Assembly: GCF_000189555.1 (NCBI RefSeq)
Contig: NC_017276.1
Source of the DNA: Saccharolobus islandicus REY15A
Lineage (GTDB): Archaea > Thermoproteota > Thermoprotei_A > Sulfolobales > Sulfolobaceae
DNA length: 64,000 nt
Reading direction: 5' to 3' (one strand)
Shown here: positions 37,395 to 48,428 of the stretch, one piece after another
Layout: each line of letters begins with the position of its first letter
Position numbering within the stretch: the first letter of the stretch is position 1
Position numbers and translations under genes: made by a program
The notes under the pieces: model-generated
The model's input: the letters and a program-made list of their open reading frames with translations, nothing else
Database searches by the model: none
Told to the model about the DNA's origin: nothing

Positions 37395-38585
37395 ATGAAG
37401 TGCTTAAGTTGTGGATATGAAACGGAAATAGATCAAGATCAGATATTATGTCCAAGATGTGGAGGACTATTGGAAATTATAGTGGAACCACCAAAGGACT
37501 TCTCTTTCAGCAAATTGAGAGGAAGAGGAGTTTGGAGATACAAAGAACTGATAGCAGGCAAATATAAAAATATTGTAAGTATAAATGAAGGAAATACCCC
37601 GCTAATAAGATCCTCAAATATAAATGATAATCTTTATTTTAAATTCGAAGGACTTAATCCTACTGGAAGTTTTAAGGATAGAGGAATGACAGTAGCAGTT
37701 AGTTCTGCAGTAAGCTTAAACTACAAAACCGTAATAGCAGCATCTACTGGAAACACTGCAGCTTCCGCAGCTGCTTATGCTGCAAGAGCAGGTATAAAGA
37801 GCTTTATCGTCTTACCTAAAGGTAAGGTAGCATTAGGTAAATTAGCTCAGTCAATACTTTATGGCTCAGTTATTTTAGAGGTTGATGGAAGTTTTGACGT
37901 TGCTATGGATGCGGTAATGAGGTTATATAAGGATTTAAAAGTAGTATATCCATTAAATTCTTTTAACCCATGGAGATTAGAAGGACAGAAGACAATAGCA
38001 TTTGAGATAGCGGAAGAACTAGGAGTTCCAGATAATGTGATAGTCCCAGTAGGCAATGCAGGCAATATTTACGCAATATGGAAGGGATTTAATGAGCTAG
38101 TTAAAACTGGAGTGATAAATACTATTCCCAGAATGATTGGAATCCAAGCTGAGGGAGCATCACCAATAGCTACTGCAATAGTCAAAGGCAAAGATTCTCC
38201 AGATTTCGTAGAAAATCCAGATACTGTAGCCACTGCAATAAGAATAGGAAAACCAGTAAATTGGCAAAAAGCGATGAAAGCAATAAGAGAATCCAATGGA
38301 ACCGCAATAGCGGTATCTGATTCTGAAATATTAGACGCACAGAAGACCCTAGCTAGAAAAGAGGGCATAGGAGCTGAGCCTGCTTCAGCAGCTGCCTTAG
38401 CTGGTTACATTAAGGCAATAAATGAAAAGGTAGTAGATAAAGATGAAAAAACAGTTTTAATCCTAACAGGACATTCATTAAAAGATCCCGATAGTATGAC
38501 CAAAGCTGAAGCTAAGAGAATATTAGTTAATCCTCTACATATGGAAAAAATTATCCTAGGTGAGATAAATGGCTCTAATAGTTAA
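37395..38585 (+). CDS. thrC: Threonine synthase
   Basis: N-terminal [47 protein letters not shown]. Confidence 0.95.
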   Translation: MKCLSCGYETEIDQDQILCPRCGGLLEIIVEPPKDFSFSKLRGRGVWRYKELIAGKYKNIVSINEGNTPLIRSSNINDNLYFKFEGLNPTGSFKDRGMTVAVSSAVSLNYKTVIAASTGNTAASAAAYAARAGIKSFIVLPKGKVALGKLAQSILYGSVILEVDGSFDVAMDAVMRLYKDLKVVYPLNSFNPWRLEGQKTIAFEIAEELGVPDNVIVPVGNAGNIYAIWKGFNELVKTGVINTIPRMIGIQAEGASPIATAIVKGKDSPDFVENPDTVATAIRIGKPVNWQKAMKAIRESNGTAIAVSDSEILDAQKTLARKEGIGAEPASAAALAGYIKAINEKVVDKDEKTVLILTGHSLKDPDSMTKAEAKRILVNPLHMEKIILGEINGSNS

Positions 38586-39909
38586 AATAGGTGGATCAAT
38601 ACAAAAAGATGAAAAAGATTATGAACTTATCGTAAAGAAGATACAAGATTTTTCAAAGAAATCTGATAAGATCATAGTAGTAACATCAGCTATTAAAAAC
38701 GTTACTAACGAGTTAATAAGTGCAACTTTGAATACTGATAACTCTCCAAATATTGTAACTGAAATCTATGAAAGGCATATAAAACTGTTATCAAAATTGG
38801 CAGATGGCAAGGAATTCGAGAACTCATTTAAGGATATATCTAGGCTGAGTGATGAACTGTTCAGAGTAGCTTGGTCTATAAGAGTATTAGACGAAGTAAC
38901 CCCTAGAGTTAGAGACTACATACTTTCATTTGGAGAGAGAATGGCTACCTTACTCCTTTCAGCAATATTGAGAAGTAACGGAATTGAAGCTGAAGGTGTG
39001 ATTACTCCTCCATTTATAACTGATGAAAATTACGGTGAAGCTAACGTAATTGAGGATCTATCTAAAAAGGAAATCATGAGTATATTAGAAAATGTGAAAG
39101 CTAACGTGATAGTCCTTCCAGGTTTTATAGGGAGAACAAAAGAGGGGAGATACACCACTTTGGGAAGGGGTGGTAGCGATTATACTGCAACCTTACTAGG
39201 TAAACTAATTGGATTAAGAGAAGTTAGACTAGTTACCGAGGTCCCTGGGATAATGACAGGAGATCCTAAAAAATTCGAAAATGCTAAAACGATAACTAGA
39301 CTCTCGTTGGAAGAAGCTATAGAACTCTCACAGTTAGGAGCAAAAAGGTTACATCCTAGAACTTTTGATCCAGTCTTTGGAAGTGATATGAAGGTAATAG
39401 TTGAGTCATTATATGAAGATGGATTTACCATGATTAATGGAGAATGTGAAAATAATGATGGACTTAAAGGAATATCACTCTTGGATAACGCAAAATTGAT
39501 AACAGTTGAGAGTACTAAAATCGTTGGAAAAATAGGATCTGCGGCAAGAATAACAAATGAAGCGAAGGAGGCTGGAGTTAACATAATATCAATTTCTCAA
39601 CCAGCTAGTGAGACCACAATACAACTCGTTGTTGATTCACTCTCTGCAAATAGACTGTTATCGAAATTAGAAGAATTAAAGGGAACTTTGGTAAAGGATA
39701 TCGAGGTAAATGATGTTAATATCGTAGGTATAGTAGGATGTGGAATAAAGAAGAAGGAGATCTCTACTAAGGTTCTTTCAATAGCCTCAAGTTATGATCC
39801 GTTAGCTATCTCTAGGGGAATATCTAACGTAAGCATGACCTTTATAGTTAATAAGGAAGAAGGAGAAAAATTAGCAAAAGAGTTGCATAAGGTGATCGTA
39901 AGTGGCTGA
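38569..39909 (+). CDS. lysC: Aspartate kinase with ACT domains
   Basis: [33 protein letters not shown]. Confidence 0.93.
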   Translation: MALIVKIGGSIQKDEKDYELIVKKIQDFSKKSDKIIVVTSAIKNVTNELISATLNTDNSPNIVTEIYERHIKLLSKLADGKEFENSFKDISRLSDELFRVAWSIRVLDEVTPRVRDYILSFGERMATLLLSAILRSNGIEAEGVITPPFITDENYGEANVIEDLSKKEIMSILENVKANVIVLPGFIGRTKEGRYTTLGRGGSDYTATLLGKLIGLREVRLVTEVPGIMTGDPKKFENAKTITRLSLEEAIELSQLGAKRLHPRTFDPVFGSDMKVIVESLYEDGFTMINGECENNDGLKGISLLDNAKLITVESTKIVGKIGSAARITNEAKEAGVNIISISQPASETTIQLVVDSLSANRLLSKLEELKGTLVKDIEVNDVNIVGIVGCGIKKKEISTKVLSIASSYDPLAISRGISNVSMTFIVNKEEGEKLAKELHKVIVSG

Positions 39910-40954
39910 TAAGATAAAAGTTTCGTTACTAGGCTCTACCGGAATGGTAGGGCAAAAAATGGTAAGGATGCTTTCAAAACATCCCTATATAGAATTAGTG
40001 AAAGTTAGTGCATCACCCCAAAAGATTGGTAAAAAATACAAAGAATCTGTAAAATGGATTGAACCCGGAGATATTCCGGAAAACATAGCTGAATTACCAA
40101 TAGTCTCCACTGAGTACGAAGATCATAAAGATGTTGATGTTGTTCTTTCAGCATTACCTAATGAACTAGCAGAGGATGTTGAATTAAAGTTAGTAAAACA
40201 AGGAAAAATAGTAGTATCTAATGCATCACCGTTTAGAATGGATCCAGATGTGCCATTGATCAATCCAGAAGTAAATTGGGAGCATTTAGAGCTACTAAAA
40301 TATCAAAAAAGTAATAAAAACTGGAATGGACTATTAGTCAAAAATCCTAACTGTACTGCGGCAATACTTTCTATGCCAATTAAACCCTTAGAAAGATTAA
40401 TCAAAATTAACGCTATGTATATAGTAACTTTACAAGCAGTAAGCGGAGCTGGCTATAGCGGTTTACCATTTATGGCAATAGATGGCAATATTGTACCTTG
40501 GATTAAAGGGGAAGAGGAGAAAATTCCCAAGGAAATAAATAAAATGTTAGGAAAGTTCGAAACTGGAAAACTAAAATCTTCTAGCTTAGAAATTCATCCA
40601 ACCACTACCAGGGTCCCTGTAAAAGTTGGACATATGGGTGTAATTAATATTGTAACTAACGATAATGTGGATGAAAAAGAAGTTCAAAAAGCGTTAGATG
40701 GTTTCGCGTCATTACCTCAACATAAGAACTTGCCTACCGCACCTAAGAAACCAATTATTTTATTTAAAGATGAGGATAGACCTCAACCAGCTAGAGACTT
40801 ACAATATTACGACGGAATGGCAGTGACAGTAGGCAGAGTAAAGTTCGAAGGAAATGTGTTACGATTAGTTGTTCTTGGAGATAATCTAGTGAGAGGCGCT
40901 GCTGGAATAACGATTTTAACATTAGAAGTTATGAAAGAATTAGGTTACTTCTAA
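39902..40954 (+). CDS. asd: Aspartate-semialdehyde dehydrogenase
   Basis: [10 protein letters not shown], catalytic Cys in [30 protein letters not shown]. In the thr operon. Confidence 0.93.
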   Translation: MADKIKVSLLGSTGMVGQKMVRMLSKHPYIELVKVSASPQKIGKKYKESVKWIEPGDIPENIAELPIVSTEYEDHKDVDVVLSALPNELAEDVELKLVKQGKIVVSNASPFRMDPDVPLINPEVNWEHLELLKYQKSNKNWNGLLVKNPNCTAAILSMPIKPLERLIKINAMYIVTLQAVSGAGYSGLPFMAIDGNIVPWIKGEEEKIPKEINKMLGKFETGKLKSSSLEIHPTTTRVPVKVGHMGVINIVTNDNVDEKEVQKALDGFASLPQHKNLPTAPKKPIILFKDEDRPQPARDLQYYDGMAVTVGRVKFEGNVLRLVVLGDNLVRGAAGITILTLEVMKELGYF

Positions 40955-41613
40955 TGATTTTTGATCTCCATGTACATTCGAGATATAGCGATGGAAAATA
41001 TTTCCCTAAGGATATAATTGCCTATGCTAGAGCTAGAAATATATACGTGGCGATTACAGATCACGATACTTCTTTAGGTTTAAACAGCGTAAAGGAAGAA
41101 AAAGTGATCCCTGGACAAGAAGTTACTACTGAATATGGGCACGTTGTAATATTGTGCAATTTCCCACCATCTCCACCTAACAGAATAGCTGAATTAGTAG
41201 ACTACGCTAAGGAGAACTCTTGCTTAATATTTCCCTCACATCCTTTCGATATTTTTAGAAAAGGAATAGGTAATAAGGTATTTGAATATAAATTTGATTT
41301 AATTGAAATTTATAACTCCAAGGCTCCTAAAATGGCTAATAATAAGGCTAAAGAAGTATCCATAAAGCTGAATTTAGCTGGAGTTTCAAATAGTGACGCT
41401 CACGTAATTCAAGCAATAGGTTCCGCATATAATGATTTATATGAGGTAATGGAGTTTAACGTAGACGATATCCTAGATAACTTAAGGAGAAAGAAAATAA
41501 GAAATATAATCAATGGATTATCATTTAGAGCTAAATTTTCCATTTTACAATGGTATATTGAGAGGAAAATAAGAAATGCACAAAATTCCAGCAGAGCTAT
41601 GCATCAAGTGTAA
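40954..41613 (+). CDS. PHP-domain phosphoesterase
   Basis: [33 protein letters not shown]. Confidence 0.9.
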   Translation: MIFDLHVHSRYSDGKYFPKDIIAYARARNIYVAITDHDTSLGLNSVKEEKVIPGQEVTTEYGHVVILCNFPPSPPNRIAELVDYAKENSCLIFPSHPFDIFRKGIGNKVFEYKFDLIEIYNSKAPKMANNKAKEVSIKLNLAGVSNSDAHVIQAIGSAYNDLYEVMEFNVDDILDNLRRKKIRNIINGLSFRAKFSILQWYIERKIRNAQNSSRAMHQV

Positions 41614-42802
41614 GGGACATAAGAATCTCTGTGGGTTACCGTATTGTCCAATAATGGAGAGATTTAGAGGTATGGTTAGTAGTCTTCAGAAAATTAAAAT
41701 AGATACCTCATTTAAACTGGTTGAAGGTTCTACTCCTCCTAGTGGAATAGTTGGAGAGAAAGGATATCCTAAAGTTTCACTAATCATAAATATTCCACCC
41801 TCAGTATATGGGGAAGATGCTAGAAAATATGAGAATGTTAAGGAATGGTGGGGAAAGGTAAATCTAGGGGATATAATAAAGTTGAGATCCTCATTAATCT
41901 CGAGTATAACTACAGTTAAGGTTGAGAAAGCTACTGAATATTACAATACAGAAATACCATTAGCAATAATTTCAGATAATCCAGTAGTATCTGAGGCAAA
42001 ATTAAAAACATTAGAGGCGAAATTAAAGTTTGACGGAATAATTTTACCGAGAGGACCAGGAGGAATTGCAGAGGAAATAAAGGTTGTTGATAATCCTAAA
42101 ATCCCAACTAAATTGGATAAGCTAATCTTTGATGATGTAAAATCTGCAGAAGCGATCTTAGAACTGTATAGGTATAATGTAGATTATTATAAGATAATGC
42201 ACGCATTATCGTTTGGACTTCTAGGCAAGAAAAAGAACAGAAGATTCGTACCAACTAGATGGGCAATAACTGCAGTTGACAGCACAGTTGGTAAATTTCT
42301 ATATAGCAAAATAATAAACTATAACGAGGTAAATGAGATAGAAGTGTACCACGGCTCATATTTAGGCAACTACTTCTATGTTGTACTTTATCCATCAAAG
42401 TTTAGTTCAATATGGATAGAAATATGGCATCCACTAAGTTTGTGGTCTCAAGATCTCACAATTTCGGAACTAAAGGAGAATTTCTGGGGAGAGTATGAAT
42501 ACTTAGATGGAGGATACATGGCTGCAAGATTAGCGGTGCTAGAACATTTAGAGGAAGTAAAGAGACAAGCGGGAGTTATAATCATTAGGGAAATAACAGA
42601 AGAGTACTTTGCACCAGTTGGAAATTGGCACATTAGAGAAACTGTGAGGAATGCTATGAAAAATAGGATAGGAAAATATGACAATCTAGATCAAGCCATA
42701 TCCGAAGTAAATAAAAAATTAAAGGCTAAAATAAACTTATTTGAGTTACGTACGATAAAGGGTCTAATCAAGCAAAAATCTATTTACGATTTCTTTAAAT
42801 AA
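41576..42802 (+). CDS. nreA: Nre family DNA repair protein (PCNA-interacting)
   Basis: CIKCKG..LCG..YCP N-terminus, [21 protein letters not shown]-terminal PIP box QKSIYDFF. Confidence 0.9.
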   Translation: MHKIPAELCIKCKGHKNLCGLPYCPIMERFRGMVSSLQKIKIDTSFKLVEGSTPPSGIVGEKGYPKVSLIINIPPSVYGEDARKYENVKEWWGKVNLGDIIKLRSSLISSITTVKVEKATEYYNTEIPLAIISDNPVVSEAKLKTLEAKLKFDGIILPRGPGGIAEEIKVVDNPKIPTKLDKLIFDDVKSAEAILELYRYNVDYYKIMHALSFGLLGKKKNRRFVPTRWAITAVDSTVGKFLYSKIINYNEVNEIEVYHGSYLGNYFYVVLYPSKFSSIWIEIWHPLSLWSQDLTISELKENFWGEYEYLDGGYMAARLAVLEHLEEVKRQAGVIIIREITEEYFAPVGNWHIRETVRNAMKNRIGKYDNLDQAISEVNKKLKAKINLFELRTIKGLIKQKSIYDFFK

Positions 42803-43718
42803 ATAATGAAAACACTGCCATTGCTGTATATAATCTATTCTCAGCCTGATCCCAGACGGCACTCTTAGGTCCGTCTATTACCTCAAGCTCTACTTCCTCT
42901 CCCCTATTAGCTGGCAAACAATGCATAAATATAGCATCCTTAACCGCATACTTCATTAAGTCTGAAGTAACCCTATAGTTCTGCAATAGTTTCTTCTTCT
43001 GTTCAGCAATATTCTCTTGTCCCATACTAACCCAAACATCAGTATAGACTACATGCACACCCCTAACAGCATCATATGGATCCTCATGAAACTCTATAAC
43101 GCTACCCGTATCATCTGCAATCTCACTTATTATCTTAAACAAATCTTCTCTAGGCTTAAGTTCTTTAGGAGTCGCGATATGTAACTCCAATCCTAATTTA
43201 GCCACAATTGCCATTAGGCTTAGCAATACATTATCAGTTCCGTCACCAACAAACGCTATTTTAATTAGATTATTACCAAACCTTTCCCTAATGGTCATTA
43301 AGTCCGCTAATGCTTGCAGGGGATGAGAAAGATCGCTTAATAAATTAAATACCGGAACTCCAGATGATTCCTTTAGTTTAACTAGGGTTAAGTGATTTAG
43401 TACTCGGGCCCCTATCCCATTAACAACTCTGCCTAAAACCCTTCCAGTGTCTTCGATGGGTTCGCCTCTAGACCATTGCAAATCTTGCTTATTAAGAACA
43501 ATTGGAATTCCACCTAACATTGATACTGCTAATTCAGTACTAACCCTAGTCCTAGTACTTGGCTTCTCGAAAAGTAATGCGACTCTCTTACCACTTAACG
43601 AACTTGGAACGTTATTATGATAAACGTAATTTTTCATTATAAATGAAACATCTAACATTTTCTCTATTTCATGTGTTTCAAAATCAAGCAGACACAACAA
43701 GCTTCTTCCTCTAAACAT
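42795..43718 (-). CDS. argF: Ornithine carbamoyltransferase
   Basis: [36 protein letters not shown]. Confidence 0.97.
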   Translation of the reverse strand: MFRGRSLLCLLDFETHEIEKMLDVSFIMKNYVYHNNVPSSLSGKRVALLFEKPSTRTRVSTELAVSMLGGIPIVLNKQDLQWSRGEPIEDTGRVLGRVVNGIGARVLNHLTLVKLKESSGVPVFNLLSDLSHPLQALADLMTIRERFGNNLIKIAFVGDGTDNVLLSLMAIVAKLGLELHIATPKELKPREDLFKIISEIADDTGSVIEFHEDPYDAVRGVHVVYTDVWVSMGQENIAEQKKKLLQNYRVTSDLMKYAVKDAIFMHCLPANRGEEVELEVIDGPKSAVWDQAENRLYTAMAVFSLFI

Positions 43719-43749
43719 AATTTTAATCTATCTTATCACATATTTAAAT

Positions 43750-44370
43750 ATGGATATCCAGATTGTACTTACCAAAGCTGTGGAAACCAGACAAGGCAAT
43801 AAGCCTAAATTTGATGAAGGACATGTTATAATGAGCTTATTTTACATAAGCCAATTACAGCCAGTAGGAAGGATATTATTGATGAAAAAAACGGGATTAT
43901 CAGAAGCATCTATAAAAACATTATTAAAAAGATTAAGAGAAATGAAACTAATTCAGACAGATCCAGTAGGAGGAAATACTCTCACAGAAGAAGGGAATAA
44001 AATAGTCTCATGTATTAAAAACACATCCAATATAAAAAATGTTACTTTGAAATCATTAGGTTGGAACTCATCAATGCTTATCATAAGGGGAGGTGCGGAA
44101 TTATTAAAAAAGATTCCAGTTTTGCATCTAAGAGATGAAATAATAAGATTAGGTGCGGAAAAAGTATTGGTGTGCGTTCATACGGAAGAAGGAAAAATAG
44201 AGATTCCACCTAAGACAGAGGAGATGTCACTCAAAGGGTTATTGGAAGAAATTAAGGAAAATTGTGAGAATTGTGGTCCTAACGATCTTATTATATTTCT
44301 AGTTCCTAATGAAGAACATCTAGGAAATCTGACCTTGGCCTTCATACTTAAGGTGTTAAAGAAATGTTGA
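43750..44370 (+). CDS. Winged-helix protein (DUF4443/DUF2111-like regulator)
   Basis: N-terminal HTH VGRILLMKKTGLSEASIKTLLKRLREMKLI. Confidence 0.65.
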   Translation: MDIQIVLTKAVETRQGNKPKFDEGHVIMSLFYISQLQPVGRILLMKKTGLSEASIKTLLKRLREMKLIQTDPVGGNTLTEEGNKIVSCIKNTSNIKNVTLKSLGWNSSMLIIRGGAELLKKIPVLHLRDEIIRLGAEKVLVCVHTEEGKIEIPPKTEEMSLKGLLEEIKENCENCGPNDLIIFLVPNEEHLGNLTLAFILKVLKKC

Positions 44371-45434
44371 AGAAAATTGGATTTCTTGTGAATCCATATG
44401 CTGGTGCAGGTGGAAGAATAGGAAGGAAAGGTAGTGATGAATTATATCTCGAGAACCCTGAAATACCAAGTAGAGTTGCCAGATTTTTGGTCAAAGCCCC
44501 AGAAGATGCTATCTATGTAACACCAAAGTTAAAAATGGGAGAAATATATTTTATTAAAACAAAATTGAAATATGAGACAATACCTATAGGTGAAAAGGAA
44601 AAAACTACCAGATATGATACAATTGATTCTGTAAAAGAGTTTGTAAGAAGAGGGGTAGATATTATTGTATTTGTTGGTGGGGATGGAACAGCAAGGGATG
44701 TATTTGAGGGACTTCAAGGAGCGCAAATACCAATTTTAGGAGTTCCCGCTGGCGTAAAAATGCACAGCGGAGTTTTCGCTAATACGCCCGAGGCCGCAGC
44801 GATACTGTTAACAAAATTTTTACATGACGAAGCAAAAATAGTGAGGGAAGAAATTCTAGATGTTAATGAGGAGGCATATAGAAAAGGAACGTATTCTGTC
44901 AAATTATATTATATAGCCCTAACCATAAGCAGTAATAGTTTATTAACCCCAAGTAAAGAGGAGACACAATATAGCGAGGATGAACTAGAGGAAATCGCAG
45001 ATTATATAATAGATAACATGGATGACAATATAACCTATATTATGGGTCCTGGGAGTACTGTAAAATATATAGAAAGGAAACTAAAGATCAACACTCCATT
45101 TTTAGGCATTGATATAGTTAGAGGAAAGAAATTAATAAAAGAAAACGTCAGCTATTTTGATTTAATCAATTTAACCGGGGAGTTAAAAATATTGCTTACC
45201 CCAATAGGCAAACAAGGGTTTCTAATCGGAAGAGGAAATCAAGAATTAGGGCCAATGTTCTTAAGAAAGGTAAAAAAGGATGATCTTATAGTAGTGTCTA
45301 CTCTTTCTAAGCTTTACACCATTAACTGTTTTAGAATCGATACGGGGAATGAGAATTTAGATAAACTCTTTTCTGGTGTCTACAACGTCATAGTAGGTTA
45401 CAACAAATTCTACGCTATTAAAACTTGCCAATGA
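44364..45434 (+). CDS. ATP-NAD kinase family protein
   Basis: VNPYAG.GG, GGDGTARD, GVPAGVKMHSGVFA, GPGST, GFLIGRGNQ. Confidence 0.85.
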   Translation: MLKKIGFLVNPYAGAGGRIGRKGSDELYLENPEIPSRVARFLVKAPEDAIYVTPKLKMGEIYFIKTKLKYETIPIGEKEKTTRYDTIDSVKEFVRRGVDIIVFVGGDGTARDVFEGLQGAQIPILGVPAGVKMHSGVFANTPEAAAILLTKFLHDEAKIVREEILDVNEEAYRKGTYSVKLYYIALTISSNSLLTPSKEETQYSEDELEEIADYIIDNMDDNITYIMGPGSTVKYIERKLKINTPFLGIDIVRGKKLIKENVSYFDLINLTGELKILLTPIGKQGFLIGRGNQELGPMFLRKVKKDDLIVVSTLSKLYTINCFRIDTGNENLDKLFSGVYNVIVGYNKFYAIKTCQ

Positions 45435-45518
45435 GTAGTACTGAAATGAAAAATTAACTGAATAATCCCAGTCGGGATTTTAGCTTGTATTTTAAGTTAT
45501 AATGCCTAATATAATAAG

Positions 45519-46259
45519 ATGAGTGAGGACTATCAAAGAGATGATATAGAGGCTATAGCGCAGCAGATAAGCGAGGAGGAGAAAACAAGTAAGGAGTCAC
45601 CTAGATCCAAATTGGTTGAGGCAATACTACTCCTCCTCTACGCCAGACCATTAAGAACAGCTGAAATTGCGACTAATTTAGGTTACGAAACTAAATACAT
45701 AAGTAGTTATCTCAGTTATTGGAAGAAGAAAGGTTTAGTTTATCAAGAAGGAGGAAGATGGCACTTAAGTAGGAGAGGAGAAAACATAGCTAGAGATATT
45801 ATTGAATCACAAAACAATTCTAAATTCAAAGAGTACTTATTACTTGCTAAGCAAGTACTAGAGGGTGAAAAAGTTTACCAAACAAAAAACAACAAAGTTG
45901 AGAAAAGAGATGACAAAAAAGCACAAGAAGTTTTGTGGTTTATTGATGGAAAAACCAGTAATGAAAACAAAAAACAACAAAAGGCTAATCCAACGGATTG
46001 TATAAAGGAGATTATGGATAAACTTGTTGATGATGAAAAAGAAATACTAAGTTATTTATTAAACAAGTATAAGGAGTGGGGGACAACTTACATCTACCTT
46101 GACCAGCTTCAAGAAGAAATGAAAGCTGATACTAGTTGGCTATTTAGAGTACTCAAGAACTTACAAATTAAAAGGCTCCTTTACGTATATCAAGATCCTA
46201 AAATGGGAGTCAGAATAGGCCTTTCAAAAACTCTAAAAGAGAAACTGTCTTCTTGTTAA
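45519..46259 (+). CDS. whiP: Winged-helix replication initiator WhiP
   Basis: Two winged-helix domains ([30 protein letters not shown]; [24 protein letters not shown]). Position between the argF/NAD-kinase genes and thermosome alpha matches recalled Sulfolobus whiP synteny. Confidence 0.8.
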   Translation: MSEDYQRDDIEAIAQQISEEEKTSKESPRSKLVEAILLLLYARPLRTAEIATNLGYETKYISSYLSYWKKKGLVYQEGGRWHLSRRGENIARDIIESQNNSKFKEYLLLAKQVLEGEKVYQTKNNKVEKRDDKKAQEVLWFIDGKTSNENKKQQKANPTDCIKEIMDKLVDDEKEILSYLLNKYKEWGTTYIYLDQLQEEMKADTSWLFRVLKNLQIKRLLYVYQDPKMGVRIGLSKTLKEKLSSC

Positions 46260-46448
46260 CTTTCCCTTCTCCTTTTGGCATTATAATTACTACTACTATA
46301 TGTACGTTAAATTATAAGTACATTGAAAGAAAGATCAAGATTATACAAACCATTCATTTTAATACTCTTATAATAGGAGCAGATCAGTAGTAGTAGTAAT
46401 CTATTTAATCTTTGTACTAGAAGTTATAGCAAGTAGGAGGGAGAATTT
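46260..46448. other. Replication origin oriC3-like intergenic region
   Basis: 189-bp AT-rich gap directly downstream of whiP, with a perfect 13-bp inverted repeat ATTACTACTACTA (46286-46298) / TAGTAGTAGTAAT (46388-46400). oriC3 next to whiP is established in Sulfolobus. Confidence 0.7.
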
Positions 46449-46775
46449 ATGTCAGCTAATAAATCAGTGAAAATGTCTGAAGATGAGATAAATAAGGCGT
46501 TGGCAAAGGCCGAAAAAGAGGCAGAAAAAAAGGATCACAAGAAACAATGGATAGAACGCATGATAAAAAGCGCTAAAACTTACTACAAGTTATGTCCTTA
46601 TTATGATAAGAAGAATACTAAGTGCTTTCTCACATTGGGTGATAAATGTCAGCGCGATGGTAAATATGAGACTTGTCCAATATTTATTTCATTTTTAGAT
46701 AACAAGTATCAAGAAATTATTAATAAGAAGAAAATGTTACCAATGGATTTTCAAGATTTAGCGTTAATGACTTAA
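46449..46775 (+). CDS. Conserved hypothetical protein with a CPYY-C-C-CP motif
   Basis: 108 aa; SD GGAGGGAG upstream; 4 clustered Cys. Confidence 0.75.
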   Translation: MSANKSVKMSEDEINKALAKAEKEAEKKDHKKQWIERMIKSAKTYYKLCPYYDKKNTKCFLTLGDKCQRDGKYETCPIFISFLDNKYQEIINKKKMLPMDFQDLALMT

Positions 46776-46812
46776 AGTTTTATATAAAATAGGTTTCTAA
46801 ATTATAAGTAGA

Positions 46813-47640
46813 GTGCCAAGACGTAAGAAAAATGAGGAAGAAAAAATTGCTAGTGAGAAGAATAGTAAAGAGGGTATGAAGAAGAAAAAATCTTCCAGTA
46901 GTAAAAAATCTGAGAAGTACGTAGATCCAGATAAGGTTTTGGATGAATATTTGGATGAGGTAGTTAACGCGTTAGGAATTTCCTATTTAAACCTTTCAAG
47001 AGAGGATCTGAAGGAGGTGTTAAGAGAGCCCTTTGTCATGGCGGTAGGAGAAGTGAAAACGAAGCCTAAAGTATCTACGATAATTAATAGGCTTAGAGCT
47101 ATGGGAGACAGATTAATGGAAATTATATCATATAAACTCTTGCGTTTATATGATATAGAGAAACTTAGTGAAGACCAATTAGAGTTTATAGTAACTTATG
47201 GTAAAGGTGGTTTAATTCCCATAATGGATAAGCTGTATAAAGAATGCTTGAAGAGAAATAAAAAGGATTTAATAGATCTGTTACGAGTTACTTGGTCAAT
47301 GTTAGCAAACGTCTTAAGATCTCCTATTAAATGTCCTAGATGTGAATTTGATTCGGTAATGCCAGATTTGACTTGTAGGATTTGCGGTTATACGTTAAGC
47401 ATGAAGGAACTAAAAAATATCATACATGTAATTGATATATTACAAGATTTCTTAAGAATGGATAAGGATGGATTTAACGAGATCTTAAAATCGGGTTTCT
47501 TCTACTATACTTCAGAGGGACCTATTCCGCCATCTAGATTTAGACCTAGTCAAGGGCAAATATATTTTGAAGTCATTCTCAATAAGGAGGAGAAGAGTAA
47601 ATTAGAGAGCATCTCGCGCAGTATTTTACCGGGGAGTTAA
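46813..47640 (+). CDS. Hypothetical protein with a basic N-terminal tail and a zinc ribbon
   Basis: N-terminus rich in K/S/E; CPRC...CRICG. Confidence 0.75.
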   Translation: MPRRKKNEEEKIASEKNSKEGMKKKKSSSSKKSEKYVDPDKVLDEYLDEVVNALGISYLNLSREDLKEVLREPFVMAVGEVKTKPKVSTIINRLRAMGDRLMEIISYKLLRLYDIEKLSEDQLEFIVTYGKGGLIPIMDKLYKECLKRNKKDLIDLLRVTWSMLANVLRSPIKCPRCEFDSVMPDLTCRICGYTLSMKELKNIIHVIDILQDFLRMDKDGFNEILKSGFFYYTSEGPIPPSRFRPSQGQIYFEVILNKEEKSKLESISRSILPGS

Positions 47641-48316
47641 TCATTCCTCCACAACCCTCGCATCTGTAATCTTTTCTTCCTGTTTCAAGTAATTTTTTGG
47701 AATTATGGAAAGCGTGGAATAGTTCGTAATTTTCTTTTAACATGTCCCTTTCCCATGTTAGAATTTCATTAAAAATTTCATCCTTTGTCACTATTGCATT
47801 AGATTCATTATTTATGAAACCTTGTAATTCATATAAGGAGGTGTTATAAAATGGAATTAGAAATGAAATATTATTGACTTTGTATTCCAATCCTATCATT
47901 TGGATATAAGTATAATCTTGATTTGTTATTGAGTATACTAAGTAGGCCATCAAGAGGTCAGCTGTAAAAGGTAAAAAGATTTTATTTATTCCGTTTTTTT
48001 GCGAAAACTGTTTACTTTTTATGATTAAGTTCCATATATCATCTAGGATAGAGTTTTGTGGTTCTAAAGTAATTTCGTAATACTGTAAATTAAATCTAGT
48101 GTAAATTTTATTTATTATATTTCTTAGAATTTCTTGAATAAAGCTTAGATAAGAGGGATAAGCAAATAAGATTTTGTCATTATGTACTATTATCTTTCTT
48201 GGGTAAAGTTCCCTCTTAATTCTCTTACCTATCTCGTCTTTGCTGCATATGCTACATAATCTTCTTCCTCCTACTACGTTTATAGCATCTCTTTTGTTAC
48301 ATCTTTCGCACATCAT
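47579..48316 (-). CDS. TtuA/Ncs6-like PP-loop protein, apparently degenerate
   Basis: N-terminal CERC...LCSIC and C-terminal CEGCG...CARC fingers as in TtuA/Ncs6, but no SGGxDS PP-loop. ATG at 48316 or 48313 is likely. Confidence 0.55.
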   Translation of the reverse strand: MMCERCNKRDAINVVGGRRLCSICSKDEIGKRIKRELYPRKIIVHNDKILFAYPSYLSFIQEILRNIINKIYTRFNLQYYEITLEPQNSILDDIWNLIIKSKQFSQKNGINKIFLPFTADLLMAYLVYSITNQDYTYIQMIGLEYKVNNISFLIPFYNTSLYELQGFINNESNAIVTKDEIFNEILTWERDMLKENYELFHAFHNSKKLLETGRKDYRCEGCGGMINSPVKYCARCSLIYSSPPY

Positions 48317-48428
48317 ATTAGAGAAGAATGGATTTTCTATTAATTTAAAAAATTGCTTCACGGTTTGCTTGAGAGAAAAATTTTTATATAAGCGATACTA
48401 ATGTTCTCACGGAACGGTGTTGTGAGGT

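Noticed and set aside
45430-45462. ATGAGTA-CTGA-ATGAAAA-CTGA as a C/D sRNA
   Set aside because: The spacers are too short to be guides and the C boxes are poor.
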